A DNA stretch of 64,000 nucleotides from Rhizodiscina lignyota. Its lineage: Eukaryota. The stretch spans positions 1 to 64,000 of the forward strand of contig ML978132.1 in assembly GCA_010015805.1 (NCBI GenBank), written 5' to 3'. The notes under the pieces were generated by a model. That model searched no databases, was not told the origin of the DNA, and saw only the letters and a list, made by a program, of their open reading frames with translations. Below, piece by piece: positions 45,378 to 58,160 of the stretch; position 1 is the stretch's first letter, and every line of letters starts with the position of its first letter. A program made the position numbers and the translations under genes.

Positions 45378-48130
45378 CTACGATCCCACATCCTCAACGT
45401 GCTCCGCCCTCTTCTTGTCATGGGCCTCGCCTTCACCCTCTTCTCCACCCAAGTCCACATCCACCATCTGGCTATCTCCATCTCCAGACACTTCCATCGG
45501 CATCATCTCCTGGCCTACATCATCCTTCCCCTCTTCCACGCCTCGGCCACCATCGCCACTATTGCGCGATTTGATCGCTCTTGCTCGCTCGAGCATTCTC
45601 TGCTTCTCATTTTCAGCGTAAGTAGTATCGTCTTCGATCTTTCCATCGTCAGGAACAAACCCCTGCTTGTCTGAATACGCTGGCGGATCCTCATTCCAGC
45701 CAGTGAGCGGGGTAATATCTTCATCAGGAACGCCTGAACCTACGTTTGCGGCTGCAGCTGCGTCAAGCTGCTCTGCTTCGAAGATGGCGTTGTCGGTATC
45801 GACGAATGCCTAATACCCGTGAGCAGTTGTCCCTTGTCTCATCATCTTCAATCTCAAACATACCTTGAGTGCTTCAGGGAGAACAAAGTCTCTGTCAGTG
45901 ATTGCTCCACCACTCGCATACACCAACAGGACCTCCCTGCCCGCCTCTGCTGCCTTGATGACATCCTTTTCTTCGACCTTCGTCTTCGTAATCTCAGGAT
46001 CATTTGTGTAGTGCAACTTCCACCACTGGTTCTGGTCCGGCTCACCCTCCTCCATCGTCACTAACTGCTCCTTTGCGCGCCTCAATACGAACGTCGTGCG
46101 TGAGTCCGTAGCCAGTCCACAGAGGTTATATCGTGCGTTGGGATTCTGCGATTCGTACTCTGACGGTTCTTTGAACAGCGCGGAGAAGCGTTCCAACTCA
46201 ACAGTTGCTTTGGCCTTTTCTTGTTCCAAACGCTCAAGCTTGCGGTCGATATTGTCGGAAATGGCCTGGAGTTGCGCGACGACATCTGGCTTCGGCGGGA
46301 GCTCGGGGATCGTGTACCTTGGTGATTCCGTGTCCATCTCTTCAGTTTCCTCAACAATCCCATCTTCCTTACTCTCGCCATCTACGTTTGTTTTTCGCCG
46401 CGGCTCGAATGCAGACTTTGAAACAGCGAGCATCTCTTTCACATTGAATGTCTTTCCCGTCGTTGGAGAAACGAAAGTCTTTAGTTGCTCTTGCTTGCCT
46501 TCCAGTCTTTGGATCTCCAAGTAGCACTTTGCTTTGTTCCTCCTCATCACCTTCGTGGCGAGCGAGTGCTCGTGCATGTAGCGATCGACATACCAAGTCA
46601 GGGGCACCTCCATGTTAAGTCCATTTGCGGCAGCATCTGGCTGATTGACTCGCATCACCAAGACTGGGGAGGCCTGAATGATGCTCTGCTCCTCTGCCTT
46701 TGTTCCGTCTGGATCGTTACCCCAGATTGCGGTATCGAGGAGGTCGTAAAGTGTGATTCTCGCTCCCTTTCCAGAGTTTTCCAACACAAGGTTCAAGCAC
46801 CAAAAGTTTTGCTCTTCGCGAAAGTCGCCTGCCGAGACAAATTCCGCAGCTGTGGACCTGAAGAGATATCCATTCGCGAATAGCGCGGGCTCCAAACGTG
46901 CGGCAGAAGTTTCCCAAGCAACGAGAAAACGGTCGCACAATGTTTTCGCGCTCTCAGCCTGGCTATTGGCATCAAGCGCCTTCAGTTGCGATAGCACTTC
47001 CACACTGCCATAAGAGCGGGCACTAGCTTCCAAGAACGCCATCAGTCTTTGGGTCTCGCGAATAACTTCCTCGCCATGGTCGACTGGCTCAGCCTCATCT
47101 GCATGAACAATGATACGTGGTCGAATCGCTGTACCTCTCCACCAGTCTTCATCGGAGCCATATGAGGCTAAGGTGTTCGACGAAAAGGTAAGAGCTTCCC
47201 GCGACATCGGTATCGAGTGTAGGATCGTGACCAGGGACGGAAGGTAATCGCCATTCGTAAGAGGTTTCATGAAGCACGGCTCGTGATCTTCTCGCTTGCG
47301 CTGCAACGCGCCAGGATCGGGGATCACTTCCACAGCAGAGGGATTAGCGAGCGTCATGGCCCATGATTTGTTGTCATAGTAATCCCGCGTGGCAGGCCCG
47401 AACTGAGTACCTGTACCTCCAACAACACCCATCTCTTGTGACTGATACATGGCGCCGCCATCGAAGGGATCTGTTCCTCACAATTAGCTTAGCACACAAT
47501 CTCCACATCATCTTGGTATAAATATTCTAAATGTATGTAGGTGGTGGATGGACGTAGATGACGCACCTGCGCGCGGCGAGCCAGAAGCAGCGCCTTTTGT
47601 GCTCGAATTTTGGCTTACGCGGGACGGTGGACGGGTCGGAGCGCCGCTTCGTGGATACTGGTCGTTGGCAGCGTAGTCGATTTGGAAAGCTACCCGTTTC
47701 CTTCGTTTTAGCGGAGGCTCTAGAGATTTTGTAGGAGTGCGTACAGCTAAACAATGAAAGGTCATTGGGGTTCACTGTACCGGGTATGTTGTCGGCTGCG
47801 GCGGGACCATAGCGATCAGCCTCCCAGACAGACTCATCGTATGCATTGTTATTCTGCAGGTACAAGTCAGAATAGGGCTTGAGGAAAGGGTATGGAGCAT
47901 GAGAGACGTACCTTGTATTTCTCTGGATTCTGGAAATAGTCCTCTACTGCTCTCTCAAGATCGTTCCCGGCTCCCTTTCAAACGGTTAGATTCACGGCAT
48001 GTGCAAGCACAGAGCGCTGAAGCTCGGGCTGGACGCAACATACCCTTAGAAACTGCAGAGCAGTCGCGTAGTCGGCTTGCGTAAAGTCTTGGAACTGCAA
48101 GATCGCATCTTGCGTGGGCTCGCTTGCCAT
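45378..48130 (-). CDS. UBA-like N-terminal, ubiquitin-associated protein (Rup1-like), multi-exon
   Basis: MASEPTQDAILQFQDFTQADYATALQFL (UBA-like helix); FGPATRDYYD, TILHSIPMSREAL, ETQRLMAFL..S.RSYGS, WYVDRY, QWWKLHY, VLLVYAS. Confidence 0.75.
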
Positions 48131-48999
48131 GTTCTTCAGAAGATGCTGAGGATCCAGGATTGCAAGAGGAGCGTGGGTGGAAGAGCCGCCAATGTAAATA
48201 GAGGTGCAAGTGCAAGATGCTACTAGCGCGAAGCCTGGGAGAAGGGAGCTGCTGCCTAGAGCAAGCAGAGCTAGAGTGAAGTAGAGTCTCCCAAGGCCAC
48301 ACACGTGGATTGAAGGAAGTGTTTGGAATCTTTCACTTGAAGGCCGCGGAGGAGATGTGGGCGAGCCCTGGGGCAATTACGCGCAGCTTTCCCCATGCAA
48401 CATCCCTGCACCGCGCGGCAACGCAGCCACAGCCGCCAAGCAACGCCTTCGCCCAAGACGGCTCGACGCCATTTCAGAGTTGGGATGTATCCAAAGCGAT
48501 GCTTAAATTTCTTATGTCCATCTTTCATACGCATAGTAGCCTCCCATGTCCTGATGTGCAGAGGAGTTTGCCAAGCTTTGGACGACACTTGCAGGGTAGG
48601 TACCTGGCCTGGCACCATAGGGACATAGAGAGTGGAGCTTGTGATCCCGTAATCAGCAACTATGTGGATTTCAGCGCCATATGAGACATCTCCGATTGGG
48701 GGTCTAGCATAGCAGAACTCCATTGGCACAGAATTTTATGCCCATCTACATAAGTTCATGTGCAAAGCCTTGAATTCACTTGCGCGGATGAACCGACACT
48801 CGGACACGCCGGCACGTGAGCGCCAAGAGATGTGGCCCTAGCTCCATTGCCCACAAAATTTCAATGGCGCGGCGACCGCGAAAACTTTCCTACGCATGAA
48901 TGAAGCACCGCAACACCCGCAATCCACCACCCTCCGAATTCCACTCAATCGCTCAGCAATCACGAAGGAGCTGGAGAGAGTAAGGGTGAAGTGGTAAAG

Positions 49000-50598
49000 A
49001 TGGCTCTAGTTAAGACGTCTGCCTCAAAGGCGGTTGAGCATGTCATCAAACCAGAAAACATCGAGCCGAGCAACAACAGCGCCGACTGGCCACTCCTCCT
49101 CAAGAATTATGAGCAGCGTACGTGCAGCTGAGCTCGTATTGAAAACTCATACTGACCTAATTGCAATAGTCTTGGTGCGAACCGGTCACTTTGTGCCAAT
49201 TCCTGTCGGCTCCACTCCACTCAAGCGTGATATCAGGACCTACGTCCAGTCCGGCGTAATCAACCTCGACAAACCGTCCAATCCGTCTTCACACGAGGTG
49301 GTGGCCTGGGTCAAGCGCATCCTCAAGTGCGAGAAGACTGGTCACTCGGGAACACTGGATCCGAAAGTTACAGGATGCCTGATTGTGTGCATCGACAACG
49401 CCACAAAACTCGCCAAGAGCCAGCAGGGCGCTGGTAAGGAGTATGTGTGCGTTATTCGCCTCCACGACAAGCTCCCTGGTGGCGAAGCGCAGTTTGCGCG
49501 AGCCCTGGAGATGTTGACGGGTGCGCTGTTCCAAAGGCCACCCTTGATCTCTGCTGTGAAGCGACAGCTTCGTGTTCGCACCATCCACGAGAGCAAGCTG
49601 TACCAGTTCGATTCTGACAGGAATTTGGCTGTGTTCTGGGTGAGCTGCGAGGCTGGCACGTACATTCGGACGCTTTGCGTACACTTGGGATTACTGCTTG
49701 GTGTTGGTGCCCACATGCAAGAGCTGAGACGTGTTCGGTCTGGTGCGATGAGCGAGGAAAAGGGCATGGTCACCTTGCACGATGTCATGGATGCGCAATA
49801 CTACTACACCAACCACAACGACGAAAGCTACCTGCGCACTGTCATCCAGCCGCTCGAGTGCCTGTTGACGTCATATAAGCGCATCGTAGTCAAGGATAGC
49901 GCAGTGAACGCCATCACATATGGCGCCAAGCTCATGATTCCCGGACTGCTCCGCTTTGGTACGTTCTTCCTCATTTCTGATTTTATTTATATTGACCTCC
50001 TGCAGAGGCTGGCGTCGAGCTCAACGAGGAAGTTGTCCTCATGACCACGAAGGGTGAAGCCATCGCCCTCGGAATCGCGCAGATGTCTACTGTAGAGATG
50101 TCATCCTGCGACCACGGTATCGTTGCTAAGATTAAGCGTGTCATCATGCAGCGTGACTTATACCCGAGACGCTGGGGTGTCGGTCCTGTTGCGGTAGAGA
50201 AGAAGAAGCTCAAGGAGAGCGGGAAGCTTGACAAGTTTGGCCGGGCGAACGAGAACACCCCGGCCAAGTGGAAGGAAGGCTACCACGATTTCTCTGCTCC
50301 TACCGACAGTTCGACTCTAGCAACCAAAACAGACTTGATGGCTAAGCCACTGGAGGAGCAGACTTCGAAGAAGGACGTCCTGGACGCACCGCCCGTCAAC
50401 CCTATCACGTCGGCCATGGAGATAGATGTAGCAGGAGAACCCAACGGTGACGGCTCGAAGAAGCGCAAGCACGCCGATGAGAGCCCCGAGGAGAGGGCTG
50501 AGAGAAAGAAAAGGAAGGCAGAGAAAAAGGCCAAGAAGGAGGAGAAGAAGGCTCGCAAGTCTGCTGCGTCTGCGGGTGCTGAGGATGACGACGATTAA
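49000..50598 (+). CDS. CBF5: H/ACA snoRNP pseudouridine synthase (dyskerin)
   Basis: [40 protein letters not shown] domain, KKE-rich tail; 2 introns. Confidence 0.98.
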
Positions 50599-51016
50599 AC
50601 GACTACTATCATGCGATTGTTGTGGAGGACTCTCCGCCTATCAAATCGCCATTCTGCATGCTTGTGGTGTCTTGGGGGGAACTTTGTTTTCTTCTCTTTT
50701 TGCATCAACAAAATTCCGGTGTACGCTATGATCCGAAGGTTGGGCGTATCGCGGCGTCCTATTCGGGTCTCTTCAAGTTTGGGCATCTGGTGCCATGCAT
50801 GGTCTAATGCTCCATACGATGTTTTGCCTCTTGGGTACAGTAACATGATCAGGCTTCGATATACCCTGAGCCTGTCACTACTCTTGTGAAATAATGCACA
50901 TGCAGTAGTGTGCAATCAAAAGAATTCTCAAACTCTGAATTGCCACTTTTCTTTTGCCAGAAGACTCACTGACGAGTTCTCTGAAAATGTGGATTAGATT
51001 CGTCTAACGTTTCAGT

Positions 51017-52342
51017 TCAGTCTCGCCATCCTACCCACACCTCATCGGTGCGGAACCTCTGCGTGACACCACTCTCCTCAATACTTAAGCCTTCAAACTC
51101 TGGCCAGCCGTCCCACTGAGCCTCGAGATGCTTGCCCTCCTCTTTATCACCCAGCCTCATCTTCTCAAGCCCTTTAGCGAGCTTTTCTCTTTCCAGTGCC
51201 TTCTTACTGAACTGCTTCCCACCCGGCTGCTTCATCGCCCACTCCAGCAGTCCAGCTTGTGCAATCATGATGCCGTTATCGATGCAGAATCGCTCATCCG
51301 TCGCATACACGCTGCCACCCCTCTCCCTTGCCATCGAGCCCATCATCTCCTGCAGCCGCTCGTTACACCCTACGCCGCCGACGATAAGCACTTGCGATGA
51401 CCCCGTGTGCGCCATAGCCCGCTCCGTGATCTCCACAAGCATCGCGAAGACCGTCTCTTGCAGACTCATGCACAGATCCTCCGCCGTTACCAACTCCTGC
51501 TCGCCCGTCTCCGGATTGAAGCAGCGCTCTCGATCCTTCCTCGCATCTTCCGGTCCGTCGGCCAACCTCTCCGCGAACTCCTCCATGCGTGCCAGAATGC
51601 CCGAGAAGCTGCAATCCATGCCTTTGACCGCGTACGGTATCTCCACCAGATGATTTCGATTTCCTTTCTTCGCCAGCTGCTCGATGTTGTATCCCGGCGC
51701 TGGGTCGTTACTTATCCTCAGCGCCCGCGCGAATCTGTCTAGACAGTTCCCCACGGCGATGTCCAGTGCCTCACCGAAGATGCGGTACCGTTGCGCCGTG
51801 TACGCAATTACTTGTGTGTTACCACCTGATACGTATAATACTGTCGGCGAAGGTGACGCAGTGATAGCGCGCCCCATCTCAATGTGTCCTACGCAGTGAT
51901 TCACCCCGACGAGCTCCTTGCGCCAGAGCATGGCGAGCGTGCGAGCTGCCATGGCAACAGCTTGCAGCGGTGCGCCCATACCGGGCCCTTTGGTGTAGCA
52001 GATTACGTCTATATCCTTGGGGCTCAGTCCTCTCTTTTTCCGCTGCTGGCCAGTGTGTGCGTTTGCGACTCCATTGTGCCCATTCGCTTCAACCTCTTCA
52101 GCCTCGGGGTTCCATGCCTGCGCCATGGCGCGCTTCACGAGCCGCACAACCCATTGTCTGTGGTGCATCGCCGTTTCTCGAGGAAGAAAACCGGTGCCTG
52201 GAGGCGAAACGAAGGTGTGGCGGAGGTTGGCTAGCACGATGGGCTCTGGCATCGACGCGTCGAAGCATTTTGAGGGCGGTGGATGGTAGATGATACCAAC
52301 GCCGAGTTTGTTGGCAGAGCCTTCGAGGCCGAGCGCTAGCAT
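51017..52342 (-). CDS. KAE1: tRNA N6-threonylcarbamoyladenosine synthase, KEOPS subunit; intronless, 441 aa
   Basis: [55 protein letters not shown]. Confidence 0.97.
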   Translation of the reverse strand: MLALGLEGSANKLGVGIIYHPPPSKCFDASMPEPIVLANLRHTFVSPPGTGFLPRETAMHHRQWVVRLVKRAMAQAWNPEAEEVEANGHNGVANAHTGQQRKKRGLSPKDIDVICYTKGPGMGAPLQAVAMAARTLAMLWRKELVGVNHCVGHIEMGRAITASPSPTVLYVSGGNTQVIAYTAQRYRIFGEALDIAVGNCLDRFARALRISNDPAPGYNIEQLAKKGNRNHLVEIPYAVKGMDCSFSGILARMEEFAERLADGPEDARKDRERCFNPETGEQELVTAEDLCMSLQETVFAMLVEITERAMAHTGSSQVLIVGGVGCNERLQEMMGSMARERGGSVYATDERFCIDNGIMIAQAGLLEWAMKQPGGKQFSKKALEREKLAKGLEKMRLGDKEEGKHLEAQWDGWPEFEGLSIEESGVTQRFRTDEVWVGWRD

Positions 52343-53232
52343 GGTGAATGTATTCGCAGAGCCTGGTTGTGGAGTATCGAATACTTCTGCTGCGGGAGTG
52401 GGATGATGTTTGGCACGAGGCGTCCCTTGCGAGACCGCTTTGGCGGGACGGTTTCCCAAAGACGATCACAGTCTACCAAAGTCTCCATTTTCAAAGGACA
52501 CAATATTCAATGTTGTTTATTATATATATCCCTTTGTGGATCTCATTTAGCTCGAGATATATATATCCGGCCCTGCATCTTAGCACAAGTTAGTTGGATT
52601 CGACGCCGGACTATCCACGAGGGTAACAGAATGGTTTAAACATGTTCAGCGAAGCGAGGTTTCCTCTTCAACGCTAGCGAGAGCATCTCTGAAAGGTCTA
52701 TAAACTATATCCTGGAGTTCGTTTATCTAAAACTCGCAGCTTCAGCGTGTATAACTTATGTTAACTATCGGAGATATACATTCTCGTAGTTCTACATATT
52801 GCAGCCACGACTCAGCTATTTTATCGCTCACTTGCTATCCTACTCGGGACAGGGATTCTCAACCGCGATGCTTAGATGTGACCTCGAAGTCGAACCGATG
52901 GACCGTAAGTGTGTCCAACAATTCCTGCAGAATGATTTGTCAAATCGAGCATCAAGCCAGGCTGTGAAGGGCAGTTCTCGCAAGCAAGCGCCACATCACC
53001 GACGCTTGCGTGGCTGAAGCGAACTGCCCAGACAGCTAAAACCTGAGGTTCTGTGTGCACCGCCTCCATCGCAAGCCTTTTCTCTTTTCCCATCTTTCGT
53101 TCAATCCGAAGACTTTTCCGGCATCTATTGTCATTTGATTCCTCACGATTGCGATAATGATATTTCTCTGAATCTCCCTAGTACGGAATCTAACCGGGTG
53201 GTTGGACGACCGTCATCAATGTCCATCCTTCC

Positions 53233-55620
53233 ATGGCGCCCAAAAAGACTCAGCGTTCTTCTGGGTCTGGACTACCGTTACCCACACCTAGCTTGAAGTA
53301 CTTGGGAAGGATACTTTCTTTAGTGGGCCGCCGTGGGGAATCGTCAATATTGCTATCTCCTTCAGATACAGCAGTAGGGTACCATTCTGCGAGTCGGAAG
53401 GACTCGACGGACTTCTCGCATAGCTACTTGGCTAGCTCTGGCCTATCGGTGACCAAATATACACCTCCGGATCCGTTTGCTGAGCGAGATGAAGCGAAAA
53501 GAGAGAAGCTCGCCATTGAAAAATGCACGGCGAGATATCTTCGGCAGGACGATGGACGAAGCACGGAACAGCTGTGCCAGTTATGCTCAAAAATCAACTT
53601 TCAGGCAATATATGACGACAATGAAGACACCATTGGAAGCTCTTCTGCATTTGTCCTCCACCAAATTGACAGGATGGATGGAAGCTGGGAGCAGAAGCCC
53701 TGTTCCTTATGCCGCCACTTTGCCCGGATGTGGAGAGCAGCAGAGTATCTTCCAAATAACCCACCTCAGTGTCTCTTGGTCCTCTCCGCGCGAAACATGC
53801 CGAAATATGCGAATGGATTCGAAATAAACAGTACGCGCCTTCCCCTGATGATTATACTGTCACACCTTCAGCCCCAGCGGCATTTTGCTTTGGATATCGT
53901 CACATTAAACGACATGGACAATATCGGACCGTTTCTGCTTTCAAAAGGAGCCGTTCAAGCCAATACATCCCCTTCAGTACGATCTATTTCTGCCGAAGCG
54001 ATAGACTTCTCTCTCGTGCGTGGCTGGCTTGGACACTGTCGAACAGACCATCCTTCTTGCCATGTCCAGGGTGCAGTTACGGTCTCTGGGTTTCAACTAC
54101 TTAATTGCACAACTAGACTCCTAGAGTCATATTCACCAGGAACAGAGTTTGTTGCTCTCAGCTATGTTTGGGGCCAGAATTCGCCGAAGCAGGATCACCA
54201 AGAGGCTGAGCACGGTGCTTCGAATCTCCCACAGACAATTGAGGATGCCTTGGAAGTCACGAAGCATATCGGATACAATTATATTTGGATTGATCGGTAT
54301 TGCATTCCGAAGTCTAGCAGTCTGAAACATGATCAGATAGCTAGCATGGATGCTATTTATAAAGGCTCAGTTGTAACCATTACAGCGGCCTGCGGGTCCG
54401 GTTCTGGTTCGGGACTCACTGGAGTAAGCAGGAATCGTCGGATAGCTCAGTCGCGCGTTGATGTGGGTGGGCTTGACTTGGTGTCGGCTCTTACAAGTCC
54501 AGTGACAGAAGTTGGAAAATCTACGTGGATCAGACGAGGTTGGACTTACCAAGAAGGTCTCCTCTCTCGACGACGATTATTCTTCACTGAGAGCCAGATC
54601 TACTTCGAATGCTGTGGCAACAGCTGTATGGAGACAGTGGCGGAGCCGAAGGAATTAATGCAAGCTCAAAACTATGACAAAAACCTGGAGCAGACCTATG
54701 GTGATAATAGGCTCATCATGAGTTCAAGGCATCGTGTCTTCTCATCAGCAGATTCTTCCTTCAACCCGTGGTCGATTCAATTTCGAATTGCGGAATACAC
54801 CCAAAGGACCTTGACGTTCGACTCTGACAGATTAGATGCATTTCTGGGTATCTTTAGGGTTTTCAGAATTCCCAAATCGAAATGTCCGATATCGCACGTT
54901 TGGGGAGTCCCGGTCTTGTGGTCGAACCCTCGGTGGACCACAACAGAAGGATTTGCAACTGGCCTTTGCTGGACTCTCCCGTTTCGTCATTATATACCTC
55001 CTCGTTGTTTAGAATTCCCGAGTTGGTCTTGGGCGGGCTGGAAAACTTCAATCTCTCCAGATGCATACTACTATCGCTACGGCTTCAAGATGCCTTACGA
55101 GATTGATTTTACTTTCGAATTAACGGACGGAACCTTGATGCCCTGGGATACGTACCAATCAGAATACCAATCAGAATTGCAGTCCGACAGGTTTTTAGCT
55201 CCCGCTCTCTCCCGCTATCTTCATGTCGACGGATGGTCTCTGGAGGCCCTCCTTATTGCCAACCCTTCTGTTACTGAGCACTCTGGTCCTTCCACACTCC
55301 ACCGCTGGGAACTTGTGATTGAGAATGTTATGGGAACTACTAAAATTCCCGCGACAATACACAAAGCATACTCCGAGGAAGGATGGGAGAGAAAGGCGGA
55401 CATCCTTATTATTGGAAACCCGGAAACCCCTGTTTCACCGCAGTGGACTAGTTACAGCAAGGAACCTCCATGTAGCCCATTTTTGATCGTCTTGGAAGAT
55501 ATGGGATCTCATCATGAAAGGATCGGCTATGCTGGTCTGCTGAACGTACATGAGAAGCCAGGAACAGATCTATCGCTATGTCTGAAGGGTCGCCAAAGAC
55601 GACGCTTCAGGCTAGGTTGA
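53233..55620 (+). CDS. HET (heterokaryon incompatibility) domain protein, intronless, 795 aa
   Basis: FVALSYVWG, LPQTIEDA, YIWIDRYCI, MDAIY, RGWTYQEGLLSRR, FPSWSWAGW. Confidence 0.92.
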   Translation: MAPKKTQRSSGSGLPLPTPSLKYLGRILSLVGRRGESSILLSPSDTAVGYHSASRKDSTDFSHSYLASSGLSVTKYTPPDPFAERDEAKREKLAIEKCTARYLRQDDGRSTEQLCQLCSKINFQAIYDDNEDTIGSSSAFVLHQIDRMDGSWEQKPCSLCRHFARMWRAAEYLPNNPPQCLLVLSARNMPKYANGFEINSTRLPLMIILSHLQPQRHFALDIVTLNDMDNIGPFLLSKGAVQANTSPSVRSISAEAIDFSLVRGWLGHCRTDHPSCHVQGAVTVSGFQLLNCTTRLLESYSPGTEFVALSYVWGQNSPKQDHQEAEHGASNLPQTIEDALEVTKHIGYNYIWIDRYCIPKSSSLKHDQIASMDAIYKGSVVTITAACGSGSGSGLTGVSRNRRIAQSRVDVGGLDLVSALTSPVTEVGKSTWIRRGWTYQEGLLSRRRLFFTESQIYFECCGNSCMETVAEPKELMQAQNYDKNLEQTYGDNRLIMSSRHRVFSSADSSFNPWSIQFRIAEYTQRTLTFDSDRLDAFLGIFRVFRIPKSKCPISHVWGVPVLWSNPRWTTTEGFATGLCWTLPFRHYIPPRCLEFPSWSWAGWKTSISPDAYYYRYGFKMPYEIDFTFELTDGTLMPWDTYQSEYQSELQSDRFLAPALSRYLHVDGWSLEALLIANPSVTEHSGPSTLHRWELVIENVMGTTKIPATIHKAYSEEGWERKADILIIGNPETPVSPQWTSYSKEPPCSPFLIVLEDMGSHHERIGYAGLLNVHEKPGTDLSLCLKGRQRRRFRLG

Positions 55621-55813
55621 ACGATGAATGGGCCAATCTGCCGTGGATTGTATTACTGCATTCTTATGTTTAAGGAGAATAGATAAATATGACACAGTGT
55701 CAAACTGTTTTGGTGCATAAGTCAATGCTGTCGAACTGCTAATTTTGAGAGGCAATACAGCAATTGAAACAAGGACAGCGTGCTAACTATATTACTCCAG
55801 TTACAAATCTGAT

Positions 55814-57065
55814 CTACTCTAACGGATCGACGTCTACCCACGCCCTCTTTCGCCAACTCTGTTCAGCCAGTTCAGTTAATTGGACCCCCTTTGCACCCTC
55901 TAGAAGGGTCCATGCGAACGGCTCGTCCTTGACGACATGCTTTAAGAACAATTCCCATTCTACCTTGAAGGCATTATCAAACACTTGCCAGTCAGGCACT
56001 CGAGACCATCCCTCTATGAACTTGATTGGAGAATCGATATCAGGGTTCCACGTCGGCCGTGGTGTTTGGCTTTCGTGCTGAACAGTGCAATCCCTAGTAC
56101 CAGCGGCGTTAGTCGAGCACTATGATATGCGAGGCCTTGCTGGCCAGACAAGTCCGCAGCGAGCGGAGGGGAAAGATCACATGCCTCAAACCTGCAACGG
56201 CACTACCTTTTGTCCCATCCACCTGAATGGTAAGTAGATCGTCGCGACGGACACGGACTGCCCAAGATGAATTGAAATGGACAATAACGTCGTTCTTTAG
56301 CTCAAACGTAGCATATGCTGAGTCGTCTGCAGTGCACTTGTACACGTTGCCGCTCTCGTCGACCCGTTCTTTAACATGAGTTGCTCCGAGACAGGAAAGT
56401 GACTTGATCTCCCCAAACAGATTCTGGATGACATACTGCCAGTGGCATATCATGTCGCTGATGATGCCGCCATCCTCCTCCTTCTTATAGTTCCAGCTAG
56501 GCCGCTGAGATGCAACAGGCCCCTTTCCGTCGAAAACCCAGTAGCCGAACTCCCCACGGACGGAGATAATCTCTCCAAAAAAGCCGTAGTCAATGAGTGA
56601 CTTCAATTTGACCAAGCCAGGAAGCCACAGCTTGTCCTGAACCACCCCGTTCTTAACCCCAGCGGCTTTGGCTGCTCGGTATAGCTCGAGAGCTTCTGCC
56701 GAACTCACTGCTATCGGTTTTTCGCAGTAGACGTGTTTACCTTTCTTGATAGCTTTCATAACCGCATCGAAGCGCCTGCCAGTCGTCTGAGCGTCGAAGT
56801 AGATGATGTTGGCCGGATCATCCAATGTGGCGTCCAAATCGGTAGTCCATTTGTCAATGCCTTGAGACTTGCTCAGTTCCTGTAGCTTCGCAGGATTGCG
56901 TCCGACAAGAACTGGCTCTGGAAAAATAACCTCGCCGTCTGAGGTCCGGATGCCGCCTTGCTTGCGGATTGCACATATAGAACGGATTAGGTGCTGGTTT
57001 GTGCCCATCCGGCCAGTCACACCATTCATGATAATTCCTACATGGTGGGTCTTGGGAGTTGCCAT
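55814..57065 (-). CDS. Gfo/Idh/MocA family NAD(P)-dependent oxidoreductase, one GC-AG intron (56094-56184)
   Basis: GIIMNGVTGRMG Rossmann motif, HVYCEKP, VRGEFGYWVF, QRPSWNY, TADDSAYATF, RRDDL; C-terminal exon TPRPTWNPD...NAFKVEWELFL. Confidence 0.92.
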
Positions 57066-57515
57066 TTTGTCTCTGACGCAAGGAGAGCTTTGTTCGGGAA
57101 ATTCTCCTTGGAGGTGATGACGGAAAAATTGCTGGAGGTTCTCCACGAGGTGCTGTGGGAGGTTTGGCAGAAGATGTCGCGGAACTTGTTGCCCTCAATT
57201 CTTCGGTATCTAATCCGATCCTGGTCTACATGTTGGACTTTTGAAGACTTCCTCATGCGAACAATCGCATTGTTGGTATGGCTCCGCTATTTACAGCCCC
57301 TGATGAGGGGTCTACTTCGAACCCTGCCCCTGCTTTGAGGGGTTACGAGTTCGTAGGTGGGGCTCTGGTGCCAACAAATTCAGAATATTTGGAGAAATCC
57401 CGAGGAGATAGTATTCGCCTGCCTTTGTAGTAGAGCGTTTAACAGTAAAGTCGAAAAGCCGGGTTCCGAGTTCTCAGCAGAGCGTTTATCCAATCCTGTG
57501 AGGAGAACCCCCAAT

Positions 57516-58160
57516 ATGCGTAATGGAAAGAAAACCGTCCTTGTCATTAATGGCCCGAATTTGAATCTCCTGGGTACTCGCGAGCCCCATCTTTACGGAT
57601 CAGAGACATTGCAAGATGTTGAAACTGCAGGTGAACAGCAAGGAACGGAGCTCAATGCCAACGTCGACTTCCATCAGAGGTACGGTGCCCTGCCTGTCGA
57701 GCGAACGCAATATCATGGAAAGGCTAACCTCTACTCCTATATCCTTTAGTAACTGGGAAGGCGCAATTATTGACAGGATCCAACAAGCAAGAACCGATGG
57801 GACCGACGGCATCGTCATAAATCCAGGTGGCTTCACGCACACGTAATAGACAAAATGAATGCTTCTATTCCCTTAATGACACGATAGTTAGGTCGGTCGC
57901 TATCAGAGATGCGCTCCTTGGTGTCTCAATTCCGTTCATTGAACTACATGTTGCAAATATCCACGCAAGAGAGGAATGGCGCCATCATTCATATTTTTCA
58001 GACAAGGCCAAGGCAATTATCGTAAGTGTTAAATGTCCTTAATCGAGATTTGTGGCTTTTTTGCTAACTAATTAAAAAGGTCGGCTGTGGCGCTGCTGGG
58101 TATGGATATGCGATATCACATGTGGTGAAGAAGTTTCCTGAGCGTGAGAATGTCTCCTGA
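57516..58160 (+). CDS. qutE: Type II (catabolic) 3-dehydroquinate dehydratase, 3 introns
   Basis: [59 protein letters not shown]. Confidence 0.93.

Noticed and set aside
48850..48895. RRPE-like motifs (AAAATTTC, GAAAACTTT) upstream of CBF5
   Set aside because: Plausible for a ribosome-biogenesis gene but too degenerate to call.
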